Source: Patescibacteria group bacterium (GTDB taxonomy: Bacteria > Patescibacteriota > Patescibacteriia > Patescibacteriales > UBA12075). From it: a DNA stretch of 64,000 nucleotides. Made by a program: the position numbers and the translations under genes. Under the pieces are notes generated by a model. It made no database searches and was not told where the DNA came from. It saw only the letters and a program-made list of their open reading frames with translations. The stretch lies in contig JAHILH010000001.1 in the NCBI GenBank assembly GCA_018897195.1, positions 220,565 through 284,564 of the forward strand, read 5' to 3'. Of this stretch, positions 52,713 to 63,000 are shown in pieces. Numbering within the stretch: position 1 is the stretch's first letter; each line of letters starts with the position of its first letter.

Positions 52713-54179
52713 TTATTTAAAAATATTTTTTATTCGACTAATAATTGACCAGCCTGTCAAGTCAATCCGCATTTCATTTATTGTAATGCCATCATCAACA
52801 TCATCATATCCTTTTAGACCAGGAATTGAGACCAAGAAGCTATATTTTCCTTTTTCACGATAAGCATAACGTAAATCCACGGATACATCCACCTCTTTCC
52901 AGTCGTCATTCGCAGTCGGCGACTGATAGCGCGCCAAGACGTATTCAATACCATCATTTTTTACATCAACATTGGTGTCCATTTTTTTAATACTCGGATT
53001 AAGCAAGGCGTCAGCTGTAAAGCTAAACACACCATTGCCGTTCAAATAAATTCCGTCTTTTTCCAAAACAATTTTAGTTGACTTATCTACGCTCAACTCC
53101 TTGATCACAGCCGCTTCAAATTGTTTATAGGTTTCCGTCAGTGGCAATTCATTTTCACCCACCTTGATTATTTGTAAGGAACTAGGGTAAGTTGTTTTAC
53201 TTTGAATTTTTTTACTATCAGTAAAAATGGTCAAATTTCTTTTGCCGGCCTCGTGCAGTCTAATTCCATTTATAAAAGCAAGCTTATTTTGTTTTGTGCT
53301 AATTTTCTTAGTCACAATATCATCGTTAACTTTCACTTCAATTTTATAAACCCCAGTGCCCAGGTCCGGCATCTCAAAACTCATTTTTTGCACCGCATTT
53401 TCTTTACCATCGTCGGTACTATTCCCATCATCATTTATCTGGCGAGTTTCAATTAAGTCATTATCGTAAAAAAGTCGCACCTCAATCGGATCTTGATCCC
53501 TGTTTTTATTCAGATCAATAAATTCAAAATTATAATCCAAGTTTTCATTATCAATATAAGTATAAAACTGATACGCCCCACGCATCGCCTTGTCAATCAC
53601 TAAATTTCCAGGCATTGCCTTATAGTCATTGAGTAAATACTCAGTTTTCAAATCATAATTGAAAACCGCCACCTTGCTTAAATCAATTTTTCCTGGATCA
53701 TCCAGCGCAGACAAAAATTCATTCACGCTCGCAAATTTCTTTTCTTTTTGCAATAACTGCAAATCACCGTCATTAATTCTATCCCACACTAAGGCAATTG
53801 AGTCGATTAATTTATTCTCTACTGGTTGTAGATTATAACGCCAAGAAACCTTGTCCACCAATGGACCAACCTCAATAATCGGATTCATTAAATTATCTGT
53901 GCCTATATTCTTATACCTCAAATGCAAAACCGCCGACTCGAAACTCCGCGGAGTGTGCAAAGTAAAATAAACCGGGTCGCCCAGAATGGTATTCGGATAT
54001 TGAATATTATTCACCCGCTCCTTCGGCGTCAATGCGCCAATAAACTCATCGGTCTTATCAAAACGATAAATATAGGAAATCCTTCCAAAAGGCACAATCC
54101 CCAAATACAAAAGCACGGCAATGACAGCCGTCAATAAAGACCAGAGAAGTATTCGGATTTTTAGTTTGAATTTATCCAT
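52713..54179 (-). CDS. N-terminally membrane-anchored hypothetical protein (488 aa)
   Basis: A single N-terminal TM helix (ILLWSLLTAVIAVLLYLGIV) and a large extracytoplasmic beta-rich region. No family recognised. Confidence 0.5.
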   Translation of the reverse strand: MDKFKLKIRILLWSLLTAVIAVLLYLGIVPFGRISYIYRFDKTDEFIGALTPKERVNNIQYPNTILGDPVYFTLHTPRSFESAVLHLRYKNIGTDNLMNPIIEVGPLVDKVSWRYNLQPVENKLIDSIALVWDRINDGDLQLLQKEKKFASVNEFLSALDDPGKIDLSKVAVFNYDLKTEYLLNDYKAMPGNLVIDKAMRGAYQFYTYIDNENLDYNFEFIDLNKNRDQDPIEVRLFYDNDLIETRQINDDGNSTDDGKENAVQKMSFEMPDLGTGVYKIEVKVNDDIVTKKISTKQNKLAFINGIRLHEAGKRNLTIFTDSKKIQSKTTYPSSLQIIKVGENELPLTETYKQFEAAVIKELSVDKSTKIVLEKDGIYLNGNGVFSFTADALLNPSIKKMDTNVDVKNDGIEYVLARYQSPTANDDWKEVDVSVDLRYAYREKGKYSFLVSIPGLKGYDDVDDGITINEMRIDLTGWSIISRIKNIFK

Positions 54180-54201
54180 TTATCATAATTACTTCCATTA
54201 A

Positions 54202-54627
54202 TTATTTCATTTCTCCAATCCATTTCAAATACTCGCCATCAATTCTTTTGGCCAACTGCGCGATCTCATTGGAAATCTTTCTCACCTTTATCGTCTTGTA
54301 CTCAAGACGGACTGCTTTCGTAAAGCGATGAACGCCATCGAGAATAATCCATTTCCCCTGATGTTTATAAATTTCAATCGGGTATTTTAATTCAGCCAAC
54401 TCAACCTGTTTGGCATGCGTAATTTCTTTTTCAAAATTAGCAATTAACATTCTTGGGGATAAATTCCAATCATCAGTTCCCTCCTGTTCTAAATATGGAA
54501 TATCTAAATTATATTCAATTTCGGATATATTTATCTCTTCCACGGGAATATTCATAGCCCACAATTTTGGCTCATCGATTTTAAATCCGACGTTTAATAT
54601 TTTAGGTATTGGCATAATAAATATCAT
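54202..54627 (-). CDS. ParB/sulfiredoxin-fold (ParB-like nuclease N-terminal domain) protein
   Basis: 141 aa. IPVEEINISEI followed by WIILDGVHRFTKAV (the DGxHR motif). The start may be the M at residue 5. Confidence 0.45.
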   Translation of the reverse strand: MIFIMPIPKILNVGFKIDEPKLWAMNIPVEEINISEIEYNLDIPYLEQEGTDDWNLSPRMLIANFEKEITHAKQVELAELKYPIEIYKHQGKWIILDGVHRFTKAVRLEYKTIKVRKISNEIAQLAKRIDGEYLKWIGEMK

Positions 54628-54672
54628 TAATAATATTTATTATAGCTTATTTAACATTAATTTTCAACCAAC

Positions 54673-54700
54673 AAAAAAACTCCACCAAAGGGAGTTTTTT
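54673..54700. terminator. Bidirectional-looking rho-independent terminator after hpf
   Basis: A7-actcc-accaaag-ggagt-T6. Confidence 0.7.
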
Positions 54701-54716
54701 AATTAAGATTCAAATT

Positions 54717-55076
54717 TTATTCCTCACCCATCACATCCTCAACTAACACCTCTTCCACCTGTCGATTATTATCAATTCTCTTTTCCTTGTACTTCTTGAT
54801 CGCCATGGTCAAATGATCTTTGACGTTGTCGATTGATCGGTATAGGTCCTCTTCTGTCTTCTCAACGCGTAGTAACTCGCCGGGAAGGTTTAGGTTTACT
54901 TCAGTGCGAAAGATTTCGCCCTTGTTGTGATGATTAGATGTCATCCCTACTTCGACGTCACAGTTCAAGACTTTGATACTGCCCAAATTTTTTTCGAGCA
55001 TGTCCATTTTTTCTTGAACATAATCCTTGATTGCGTCGGTCAATTCGATTTTTGTGGATTTAATGTTTATTTTCAT
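54717..55076 (-). CDS. hpf: Ribosome hibernation promoting factor (short HPF/RaiA family)
   Basis: 119 aa with a MKINIKSTKIELTDAIKDYVQEKM... pattern typical of HPF. Confidence 0.85.
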   Translation of the reverse strand: MKINIKSTKIELTDAIKDYVQEKMDMLEKNLGSIKVLNCDVEVGMTSNHHNKGEIFRTEVNLNLPGELLRVEKTEEDLYRSIDNVKDHLTMAIKKYKEKRIDNNRQVEEVLVEDVMGEE

Positions 55077-55134
55077 ACTTTTATTATAGTACTTAATTAT
55101 TAAAAATTGATTAAAAATTGATTACAATTTAATT

Positions 55135-55168
55135 TCCCTCGCCTTTGCAGGAGAGGGTTAGGGTGAGG
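55135..55168. repeat. GC-rich hairpin repeat, family B, copy 4 (inverted orientation, degenerate)
   Basis: tccctcgcctttgcaggagagggttagggtgagg. Its reverse complement is cctcaccctaaccctctcctgcaaaggcgaggga. Confidence 0.6.
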
Positions 55169-55185
55169 TAGAAACTTTATTAATG

Positions 55186-55226
55186 CTCCCTCACCCCGAC
55201 CCTCTCCCGGCGGGGAGAGGGAGAAG
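55186..55226. repeat. GC-rich hairpin repeat, family B, copy 5
   Basis: ctccctcaccccgaccctctcccggcggggagagggagaag, 5 nt downstream of the rseP stop. It forms a larger palindrome with copy 4. Confidence 0.75.
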
Positions 55227-55230
55227 TATA

Positions 55231-56358
55231 TTATTTAAAAACTTTCAAAACATCTTTCAAGGTGACCACCGCCATTAACAACAATAAGAGAACCATACCG
55301 ACAGTATTCACAGCATTTTCCAATTCCCTTTTTACTGGACCGCCTTTAATTTTTTCAATAATCAAGAATAAAACACGACCACCATCTAGCGCTGGGAACG
55401 GCAAAGCATTAATAATGGCTAAATTCACTGATAATAATGCGGTTAAGTTTACTAAATAACCAAAACCCATACGGGCGGCTTGGCCGACATACTTTGCAAT
55501 CATAACTGGTCCACCCACTTCTGTGCCAGCGCCTTGACCCATGACCAAGCTTTTGATAACAAGGAAAAAGGCTAGCACCATTTTTATTAACAATAAAATC
55601 GTGAAGGATATTCCCTTCCAAATTGCTAAATACCAAGGGTAACGAACAACGCCCACGTCAGTAATGCCAATACCGATACCGCCCTTGCCTGTTTCTACTA
55701 ACTTCTTCGGTGTAATTTTTTTATCCAGTACTTCATTATTTCTCTTAATTTTATAAGTTAATTCCTTGTCAATGTTTTGATCAACAAAAAGAATTAAATC
55801 CGCCGTCGACCCAAACTCAACATCGTTAATACTGACAATAATATCATTAGGCTTTAAATCTGCCACGCTGGCCGCACTGTCTTTCAAAATTTGGTCAATA
55901 ATTATTTCGTGATTTGTAACAATCGCCTTGGGATCAACGCCATCTAATGACTGTGGCAATCCAAAGGCAAAACCGATGGAATACAAGAACATAGCTAAAA
56001 GCACATTCATGGTTACGCCCGCTAAAAGAATCATTGCCCTTTCCCAGATTTTCTTATTAGCAAAATGATTGGGATCACCGCCCGCATCTTCGTCTTCAAG
56101 TAGGTTCACAAAACCACCAAACAGCATCCAATTGACTGAATAAATAGTGTCCGCCGCATCGATTATTTCTCGTTTTCCCCAAACCTTTTTCCAAGTACCA
56201 TCAGTGCTCTTGTAAATACACCACACTCGTGAAGGCAGGCCGAGACCGAATTCCACGGGCTTTAAGCCACGATTCTTGGCTGCCCAAAAATGGCCGAACT
56301 CATGCGCCAAGACTAGTACTGACAGAACTAAGATAAATACTATTATTGTTAGAAACAT
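55231..56358 (-). CDS. rseP: Site-2 (M50) regulated intramembrane protease RseP
   Basis: 375 aa with HEFGHFWAAK (HExxH), a central PDZ-like region and a C-terminal LPFPALDGG motif. Confidence 0.9.
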   Translation of the reverse strand: MFLTIIVFILVLSVLVLAHEFGHFWAAKNRGLKPVEFGLGLPSRVWCIYKSTDGTWKKVWGKREIIDAADTIYSVNWMLFGGFVNLLEDEDAGGDPNHFANKKIWERAMILLAGVTMNVLLAMFLYSIGFAFGLPQSLDGVDPKAIVTNHEIIIDQILKDSAASVADLKPNDIIVSINDVEFGSTADLILFVDQNIDKELTYKIKRNNEVLDKKITPKKLVETGKGGIGIGITDVGVVRYPWYLAIWKGISFTILLLIKMVLAFFLVIKSLVMGQGAGTEVGGPVMIAKYVGQAARMGFGYLVNLTALLSVNLAIINALPFPALDGGRVLFLIIEKIKGGPVKRELENAVNTVGMVLLLLLMAVVTLKDVLKVFK

Positions 56359-56385
56359 AGATTATTTTTATTTACTTGTGTTTAA

Positions 56386-56940
56386 TTAAATTGTCATCAC
56401 CTCTACCTCTTTTTTATCCCGAAGTGCCTTCAACTCTTCATTTTTCTCATGCACTTCCTTGTCTAAGTCGCCGATGAAAATAAAACGATTATCTTCGGAA
56501 ATTTCTTTATCCTTTTCTGCCTTTTCAATCTTGCTTTTTACTTCTTCTCGAATCTTGCGGAATTTAATACGGCTTTCTTCGTGTTTTTCATTTAATTTCT
56601 TTACTAAGTCCTTGCGGTTTTCTTCCGTCATTCTTGGCACTGTTATGCGTAATTGCATGCCTTCATTTACCACTCCAACGCCCAAATTTGCCTCTACAAT
56701 AGCCTTTTCAATGGCCTTTGACACGCTTTTGTCCCAAGGAGCCACCACGATACTCTGAGCATCCGCAACGGTAATAGAGGCCATGCTGTTCAGGCCAGCT
56801 CTAGATCCGTATGCCTCAACCTGGACACCGTCAAGAATTGCCGGATTGGCGCGACCGGTTCGTAAAGTCGCGATTTCTTTTTTAAAGAAATCAATCACAT
56901 TTTCAAATTCTTCCTCGTGTTCTTGAATATATTTATTCAT
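56386..56940 (-). CDS. frr: Ribosome recycling factor
   Basis: 184 aa, collinear with RRF (...LRTGRANPAILDGVQVEAYG...LRITVPRMTEENRKDLVK...). Confidence 0.95.
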   Translation of the reverse strand: MNKYIQEHEEEFENVIDFFKKEIATLRTGRANPAILDGVQVEAYGSRAGLNSMASITVADAQSIVVAPWDKSVSKAIEKAIVEANLGVGVVNEGMQLRITVPRMTEENRKDLVKKLNEKHEESRIKFRKIREEVKSKIEKAEKDKEISEDNRFIFIGDLDKEVHEKNEELKALRDKKEVEVMTI

Positions 56941-57020
56941 ACTTTTTTCTTAATATTAAAAATTAAATTATTATAATCCATCACTCAAAATTCAAAATTT
57001 GAAATTCAAGATTTTCGACA

Positions 57021-58094
57021 TTATTTATTTAAATTAACTACTCCCAAATAAATCACGCTTGGATTTTTTTGGTCAATCAACAATCTCCAGCCAGCGCGAC
57101 TAGTCGGCAAGGGCAAAGTTTTCCAACTCTTGCCACCATCAAGCGATTTGTAAAAAGTCGAATTGGTAGTGTAGTAGATTTCATCAGTATTAGCATAGTT
57201 AACGGCTATGGCATTAATTGTCGCTCGATCTTCTGCAGAAATTAATTCTAGCTTTGTCCAAGTAGCGCCATTATCAGTTGATTTTAACAATCCATAATAA
57301 GTGGCTAAATATAAAGTGCGCCCGTTCTCATTATCAATCACTAAAAAATCTCTAATATCATACTTTAGCTCATTATCCTTCAAGGCATTATCAATCTCAA
57401 CCATGCGTGACCAATTCTGACCAGCATCATTGGTCCTATAAACACCTTTTTTATAGGTGACTACAAACATTTCACGACTATCCTTGTTATTAATAATCAA
57501 CTTAGACACTCTGTCTTCAAAACGATTAACCACCTGCCAAGCATTGCCACCATCATCACTTTTAATTAAATCACCGCGCGAAATAACGGCATAAATAATA
57601 GCACTATTAATCGGATCGACGGCGACGCGATTTACCATTGATACTTGATCATTATCTTGATAAATTTGTGACCAAGTACGATTACAATCAGTAGATTTCA
57701 AAATCTTATTTGCCCTAGTTACGAAAATATTACATTTGTTTTTCGGGTCTACAGCGAGAAACTCGATTGTTCCCTGGCCCAACCCTCTATCAAGTAACCA
57801 AGAAACACCCGCGTCGTAAGTATACAAAAGACCATTATCAATACTACCAAAATAAAGCGCCTTATTGTCGTTCGGATCCATTGTTATTGAAGATACATTT
57901 AAACTGTTAAAATTTGAAGCCTTGCCGCCTGCCGTTGCAATAATTGAAGCATTGGCCCAAGTCTCACCCTTATTCACTGACTTAAAAACACCGCCAAGAT
58001 TCTTGGCCGCTGTGCCTGACCCACCAGTATTGATGGTAATACAACCGGTAAGTACAAACATTAAAATTGGTAAGAAATATAAGTATTTTTTCAT
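57021..58094 (-). CDS. BNR/Asp-box repeat beta-propeller lipoprotein (Ycf48/sialidase-like fold)
   Basis: 357 aa with lipobox LTGC and seven SxDxGxTW-type boxes (NKGETW, YDAGVSW, TDCNRTW, DDGGNAW, NDAGQNW, TDNGATW, LDGGKSW). Confidence 0.75.
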   Translation of the reverse strand: MKKYLYFLPILMFVLTGCITINTGGSGTAAKNLGGVFKSVNKGETWANASIIATAGGKASNFNSLNVSSITMDPNDNKALYFGSIDNGLLYTYDAGVSWLLDRGLGQGTIEFLAVDPKNKCNIFVTRANKILKSTDCNRTWSQIYQDNDQVSMVNRVAVDPINSAIIYAVISRGDLIKSDDGGNAWQVVNRFEDRVSKLIINNKDSREMFVVTYKKGVYRTNDAGQNWSRMVEIDNALKDNELKYDIRDFLVIDNENGRTLYLATYYGLLKSTDNGATWTKLELISAEDRATINAIAVNYANTDEIYYTTNSTFYKSLDGGKSWKTLPLPTSRAGWRLLIDQKNPSVIYLGVVNLNK

Positions 58095-58098
58095 ATAT

Positions 58099-59148
58099 TT
58101 AAACTTGCACCGCTACACTTTCGATAACGGTTTTAAAATTAACATTCGCGACTAAATAATTTTTCGCTATTTTAATATTTTTTAACAACTTAATTATATC
58201 TGCACTTGTTCGTGCCATCATAAATTTCTTAATCTGAGTCTCAAATTCGCCATTTTGGATTAAGAAATTATTACTATATTTAAAAAGGAAGCAATCACGC
58301 GCCACACCTTCCCAAATTTCCAAAATTTTCTTTGCCTCACGCACATCGTCCTGGTCTACTTTCTTAGTGCCAATAAAATCGCTCACCGCTTGCAACCTTT
58401 CGTTGATATCCTGATCAATAAAATTCAAAAATAATTCAATTTGATTAATATATTTATTATAATATCCCTTATCCTGTAATAACTTCATCGCTAAGGCCGG
58501 GCGCCCCAAACTCATGCGCGAAATTATTTTCGCTTCATCACGTTTTGCCTTGCCGACATTTAGCAAATGGTCGTAAATCGTATCCACGGGCACGGGCCAA
58601 AAATTCATCACCTTTGCGCGCGATTTGATCGTCAAAGGAATCGCATCCAGGTCATTAGTAATCAATATAATGATAACATTTTTTTTCGGTTCTTCCAAAG
58701 TTTTCAAAAGCGCATTCGCCGCCTTTTCGCCCAGCATATCCGCGTCCTTGATGATGCCGATTTTAAACGAATTCAAAAACGAGCTCATATTTAAAACATT
58801 GATCAAATCACGGACTTGCTCCACAGAAATATTTTTCTTTTCAATATCTTTCTTCACGATATGACAATCACCATGCGCAATCTCGTGTCCCATATCCAAC
58901 GCCGAAAAAAACTTGCAAGATTCACACTCGCAATCGTCAGCCCCATCAGTAGCCTGGCACAATAAAGACTTGGCAAAGTAATTCGCCACGGTAGTCTTGC
59001 CCAAATCCTCTGGTCCATTAAATATAAAAGTCCCAGTCAATTGACTAGCTTTTTCATTATGTTTATTGGCTAATAATCGCTCCAAATACTCAGTTACGTG
59101 AGCATTGCCGACATGCGGCCATTTTAGCTTTGATTTCTTAATTTCCAT
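58099..59148 (-). CDS. holB: DNA polymerase III delta-prime subunit
   Basis: 349 aa with an AAA+ clamp-loader N-terminus: GTFIFNGPEDLGKTTVANYFAKSLLC, a Cys cluster and KTLEEP. Confidence 0.8.
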   Translation of the reverse strand: MEIKKSKLKWPHVGNAHVTEYLERLLANKHNEKASQLTGTFIFNGPEDLGKTTVANYFAKSLLCQATDGADDCECESCKFFSALDMGHEIAHGDCHIVKKDIEKKNISVEQVRDLINVLNMSSFLNSFKIGIIKDADMLGEKAANALLKTLEEPKKNVIIILITNDLDAIPLTIKSRAKVMNFWPVPVDTIYDHLLNVGKAKRDEAKIISRMSLGRPALAMKLLQDKGYYNKYINQIELFLNFIDQDINERLQAVSDFIGTKKVDQDDVREAKKILEIWEGVARDCFLFKYSNNFLIQNGEFETQIKKFMMARTSADIIKLLKNIKIAKNYLVANVNFKTVIESVAVQV

Positions 59149-59188
59149 GAGTTTATTTTAGCATTATAGGGAGGATTAATCAATTTAG

Positions 59189-59971
59189 CTAAATATTATA
59201 ATCAAATTTCAATTCCAGGCCAAATTTTTCCCTAAAATATTCCACAACCTCATCGTCTGACTTAATATTTAATTTATTTACCCCTATAAACAAATCAAAA
59301 TACTTATCCCTAAACTCATCCAATTCCTGATCCTTGTTTTTCATTTCGCCAACCGGTTTAATCTCCACAAATCCATTTTTCGAATAAATCCTCGTTACAT
59401 TTTTTATTGTTTCTGGAAATTTAAAATAGCCCTTAAGGTCACCGCTACTTGGCATCAGTCCGGCAACGAAGCATATTGGCAATTCTTTGGCTTTTTCAAA
59501 TTCAAAACCAGTCGGGTGATAATGACCAAAATATTCTTCACTAAAAATAATACCACTATTCCTTGATTTATTACCAATACTTATCGAAATCAATTCATCA
59601 GAGTGCTTAACGATTGAGATTTCAAATGAGTTATTCAGTTTCGCAAAACTACTCAAAATTAAATGCAATTCACTTGGCAAAAAATTCTCTTTACTAAAAA
59701 ATAGATTGATTTTTTCATCTGTGTAATTAGCATTTTTTGGCAACATCTCAATCACCTCATCAACGGTCGATACGGTTATTGGCTTATTGATTGAATTTTC
59801 CGGTATTTGTAAAAACCAATCATAAAAAGCCACTTTTTCTGCGTCAGAATAACTTACTTTTAATTTACTTTCTATTGTAGCAACCTTTTCATTGGTCACA
59901 ATAGACTTATCAATAACATTTTCTGTTTTATTTAGATCAATTTTATCGTTTTGTGGCCGTTCGTCGTGCAT
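59189..59971 (-). CDS. Hypothetical protein with possible JAB/MPN (RadC-like) metalloprotease motif
   Basis: 260 aa. GHYHPTG resembles the JAB HNHPSG motif, and a downstream PSSGD resembles PSxxD, but the spacing is about 22 aa instead of 7-10. Confidence 0.35.
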   Translation of the reverse strand: MHDERPQNDKIDLNKTENVIDKSIVTNEKVATIESKLKVSYSDAEKVAFYDWFLQIPENSINKPITVSTVDEVIEMLPKNANYTDEKINLFFSKENFLPSELHLILSSFAKLNNSFEISIVKHSDELISISIGNKSRNSGIIFSEEYFGHYHPTGFEFEKAKELPICFVAGLMPSSGDLKGYFKFPETIKNVTRIYSKNGFVEIKPVGEMKNKDQELDEFRDKYFDLFIGVNKLNIKSDDEVVEYFREKFGLELKFDYNI

Positions 59972-60000
59972 ACTATATAATTTTTAAATAGATAAAATAA

Positions 60001-63000
60001 TTATCGCATCACCACCGCATCCCCAACCTTGTTCCTAATTTCCGTCAACAAAAAAGTCGAATTCGCCACGCGGAAATCGGTTTCGATAACTTTCTTTTCT
60101 CCATTTAGACCAATTTCGAAGATGACTTTATTTTCACCTTTGTATTTCGTAAACAAATCACGCAAACGTTCTAGGACGCCGGCGTCGATGGTTTTGTTGA
60201 AAATTAAGCGCAGGTCTTGATTAATGACGTGACTGCTACTTTTGGCTTTGTTGCCATATTCAGCTGAGTTGAATTTTGCTACCACTTCACGGATATTGCG
60301 TAGCGAAACAGCCGCGGCTGTATTGGCGAGGATTTTTATTTCGTTATCTTTGTCGGATTTTTTACCTTGGATAATTACAGCCTTGCCTTCTGTCCAGATT
60401 GAGAAAGTAGTTTTGTATAAATTTGGAAATACCAAAACTTCAGCACCGCCAGAATCGTCCTCTATTTTAACGAACAACATTGACTTACTGGTTTTGGTGA
60501 TAATTTTTTGAATCTTGGTAATAATACCAGCTACTGTCATTTGATCTTCATCCTTAAACTCAGGCACTCTTTTAAGAGGAACAATAATTCCTTCTAATTC
60601 TTTACGATAATCAGAAAAAGGATGATCAGAGACGTATAGACCTAGTAATTCTTTTTCCCAGCGCAACATTTCCTGCTTATTGATGGCTGGGGCGCTGTTT
60701 AAACGAATCATACTACGCACGCCAACATCCAAGACGTCGGCGAAGAGACTGGTTTGTTTGCTGTTTTGGTTTTTCAACATTTCCTTGTTGTAGGACAACA
60801 TATTGTCGACATTCGCCAAGAGCATGCCGCGTTCGCCAAAATCATCGAGGGCGCCCGTCTTTACCAAGCTCTCTAGGGATTTTTTATTTAAATCTTTGTC
60901 GGTCACACGTTCAAGTAAATCCGTAATATCTTTATATGGACCGTTGATTTTTCGTTCGTCAATCAAGACCGAAGCGATGTGAGAGCCCATATTCTTGACG
61001 GCGCCGAGTCCGAAGCGAATCATGTCGCCAGACTTGCGCTTGCCCACTAATTCCCCATTTTCAAAATTTGATTTCACCACCGTAAATTTTTCAAATGATT
61101 GATTGACGTCAGGACGGCTCACAATAATACCCATTCTTTGTGCTTCTTCAATTTCCACAGCCAAACGTTCAATATGTTGTTGATCAGCCGTCAAAAGCGC
61201 CGCCATAAACTCAGTTGGATAATGCGCCTTGAGGTAAGCGGTTTGATAACCGATCATGGCATAACACGCCGCATGCGAACGATTAAAACCATAGCCAGCG
61301 AAAGGCTCGATAAATGAAAAAATCTTTTCCGCCAAACCCTCTGACATACCATTGGTTTCAACGCAGCCTTTGATAAATTTTTCTTTTTGCTCGGCTAATA
61401 ATTTTACAATTTTCTTACCCATCGCCTTACGCAAGACATCGGCGCCAGCCATGGTAAAGCCAGCCAAATCGCGAGCCATCTGCATGACTTGCTCTTGGTA
61501 AATCGCGACACCTTTAGTTTTTTTCAAAATCGGTTCTAATTTTGGATGCAGATAGGTCAAAGTCTTGCCATGTTTGCCGGCAATATAATCAGGAATCCAC
61601 TCCATTGGACCTGGTCGATACAGTGCGACCATGGCAATAATATCTTCAAACTCAGTGGGACGCAATTCACGCAAATAGCGCTTCATGCCACTAGATTCAA
61701 ATTGGAAGACACCAGTTGTTTCGCCATCGGCAAATAGTTTGTAAGTCTTCACATCATCAAGAGGGATTTTTTCAATATCAATCTCAACATTGGCTGTGCC
61801 TTTAATAATACGGATCGCCGATTCAATGATGGTCAAGTTTTTTAAACCCAAAAAGTCCATTTTCAATAAACCCAAATCCTCAACCGGATGTAAGGAATAT
61901 TGCGACACGATACTACGATCGGTTGAAGATGCATATTGCACGGGCACATTTTCTACCAAGGGGTCCTTGGTAATCAAAACACCACAAGCGTGCGTCGAGG
62001 AATGACGGGAAACGCCTTCGAGTCGACGCGCATAGTCAATAATATTTTTGGCCTGCGGATCAGACTTATACATTTGTTTAAATTCATCCACGTCTCGTAA
62101 AGCCTCATCCAGTTTCGTAAACATCGGAATCGCCTTGGCCAGTTTATCCATATAGTCATAAGGCGCACCCAAAACACGACCAACGTCCTTGACCGCCGCG
62201 CGGGCCGCCATAGTTCCAAAGGTAATAATCTGTGCCACATGATCTTTGCCATACTTATTTTCCACATATTCCAAAACCTCACCACGGCGAGTATCAGCAA
62301 AATCAAGATCAATATCAGGCATTGAAACACGGTCAGGATTTAAAAATCTCTCAAATAACAAATCATATTCCAACGGATCAAGATTGGTAATACCAGTTAA
62401 ATAACAAATCAAAGACCCAGCCGCGGATCCACGTCCTGGTCCAACCACAATCCCCTGGTTTTTGGCCCAGTTTACAAAATCAGCCACAATCAAAAAGTAT
62501 GATGGCCAACCCATACGTTCCACCACGGACAATTCATAATCCATTCGTTCGCGTATCGCATCACTAACTTCGTTATATTTTTTGTCATATCGCTTACCCA
62601 AACCATCCTCGCACAATCTTCGCAAATAACTAGCTTGATCAAATCCTTCAGGCACGTCAAAATGTGGCAATTGCACCTTGCCCAATTCTATCTCCACATT
62701 ACACATATCAGCAATTTTCACCGTATTCTCGATTGCATCCGGCGTGTCCTTGAAATCCTCGATCATATCCGCGGTAGAGCGGAATGAAAAATCATTTCCC
62801 AACTGACACATTCGATTTGTATCCTCTTTTTTCTTTTTGCCCTGCATGCACAACAAAATATCCTGCGCCTCATCATCTTCTTTACGCAAGTAGTGCGAAT
62901 CATTCGTTGCAACCAGGGGAATATTTAATTCCCGCGAAATCTTGATTAATTCCTGATTTACCAAATCTTGCCCTTCAAGGTCGGGATGATGTTGCAATTC

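Noticed and set aside
56975-57010. AT-rich palindrome after frr (caaaattcaaaatttgaaattcaag) as a member of a repeat family with 1255-1367
   Set aside because: The similarity rests on low-complexity aaaatt/gaaatt units, which are expected by chance in AT-rich spacers. It is mentioned only as context.
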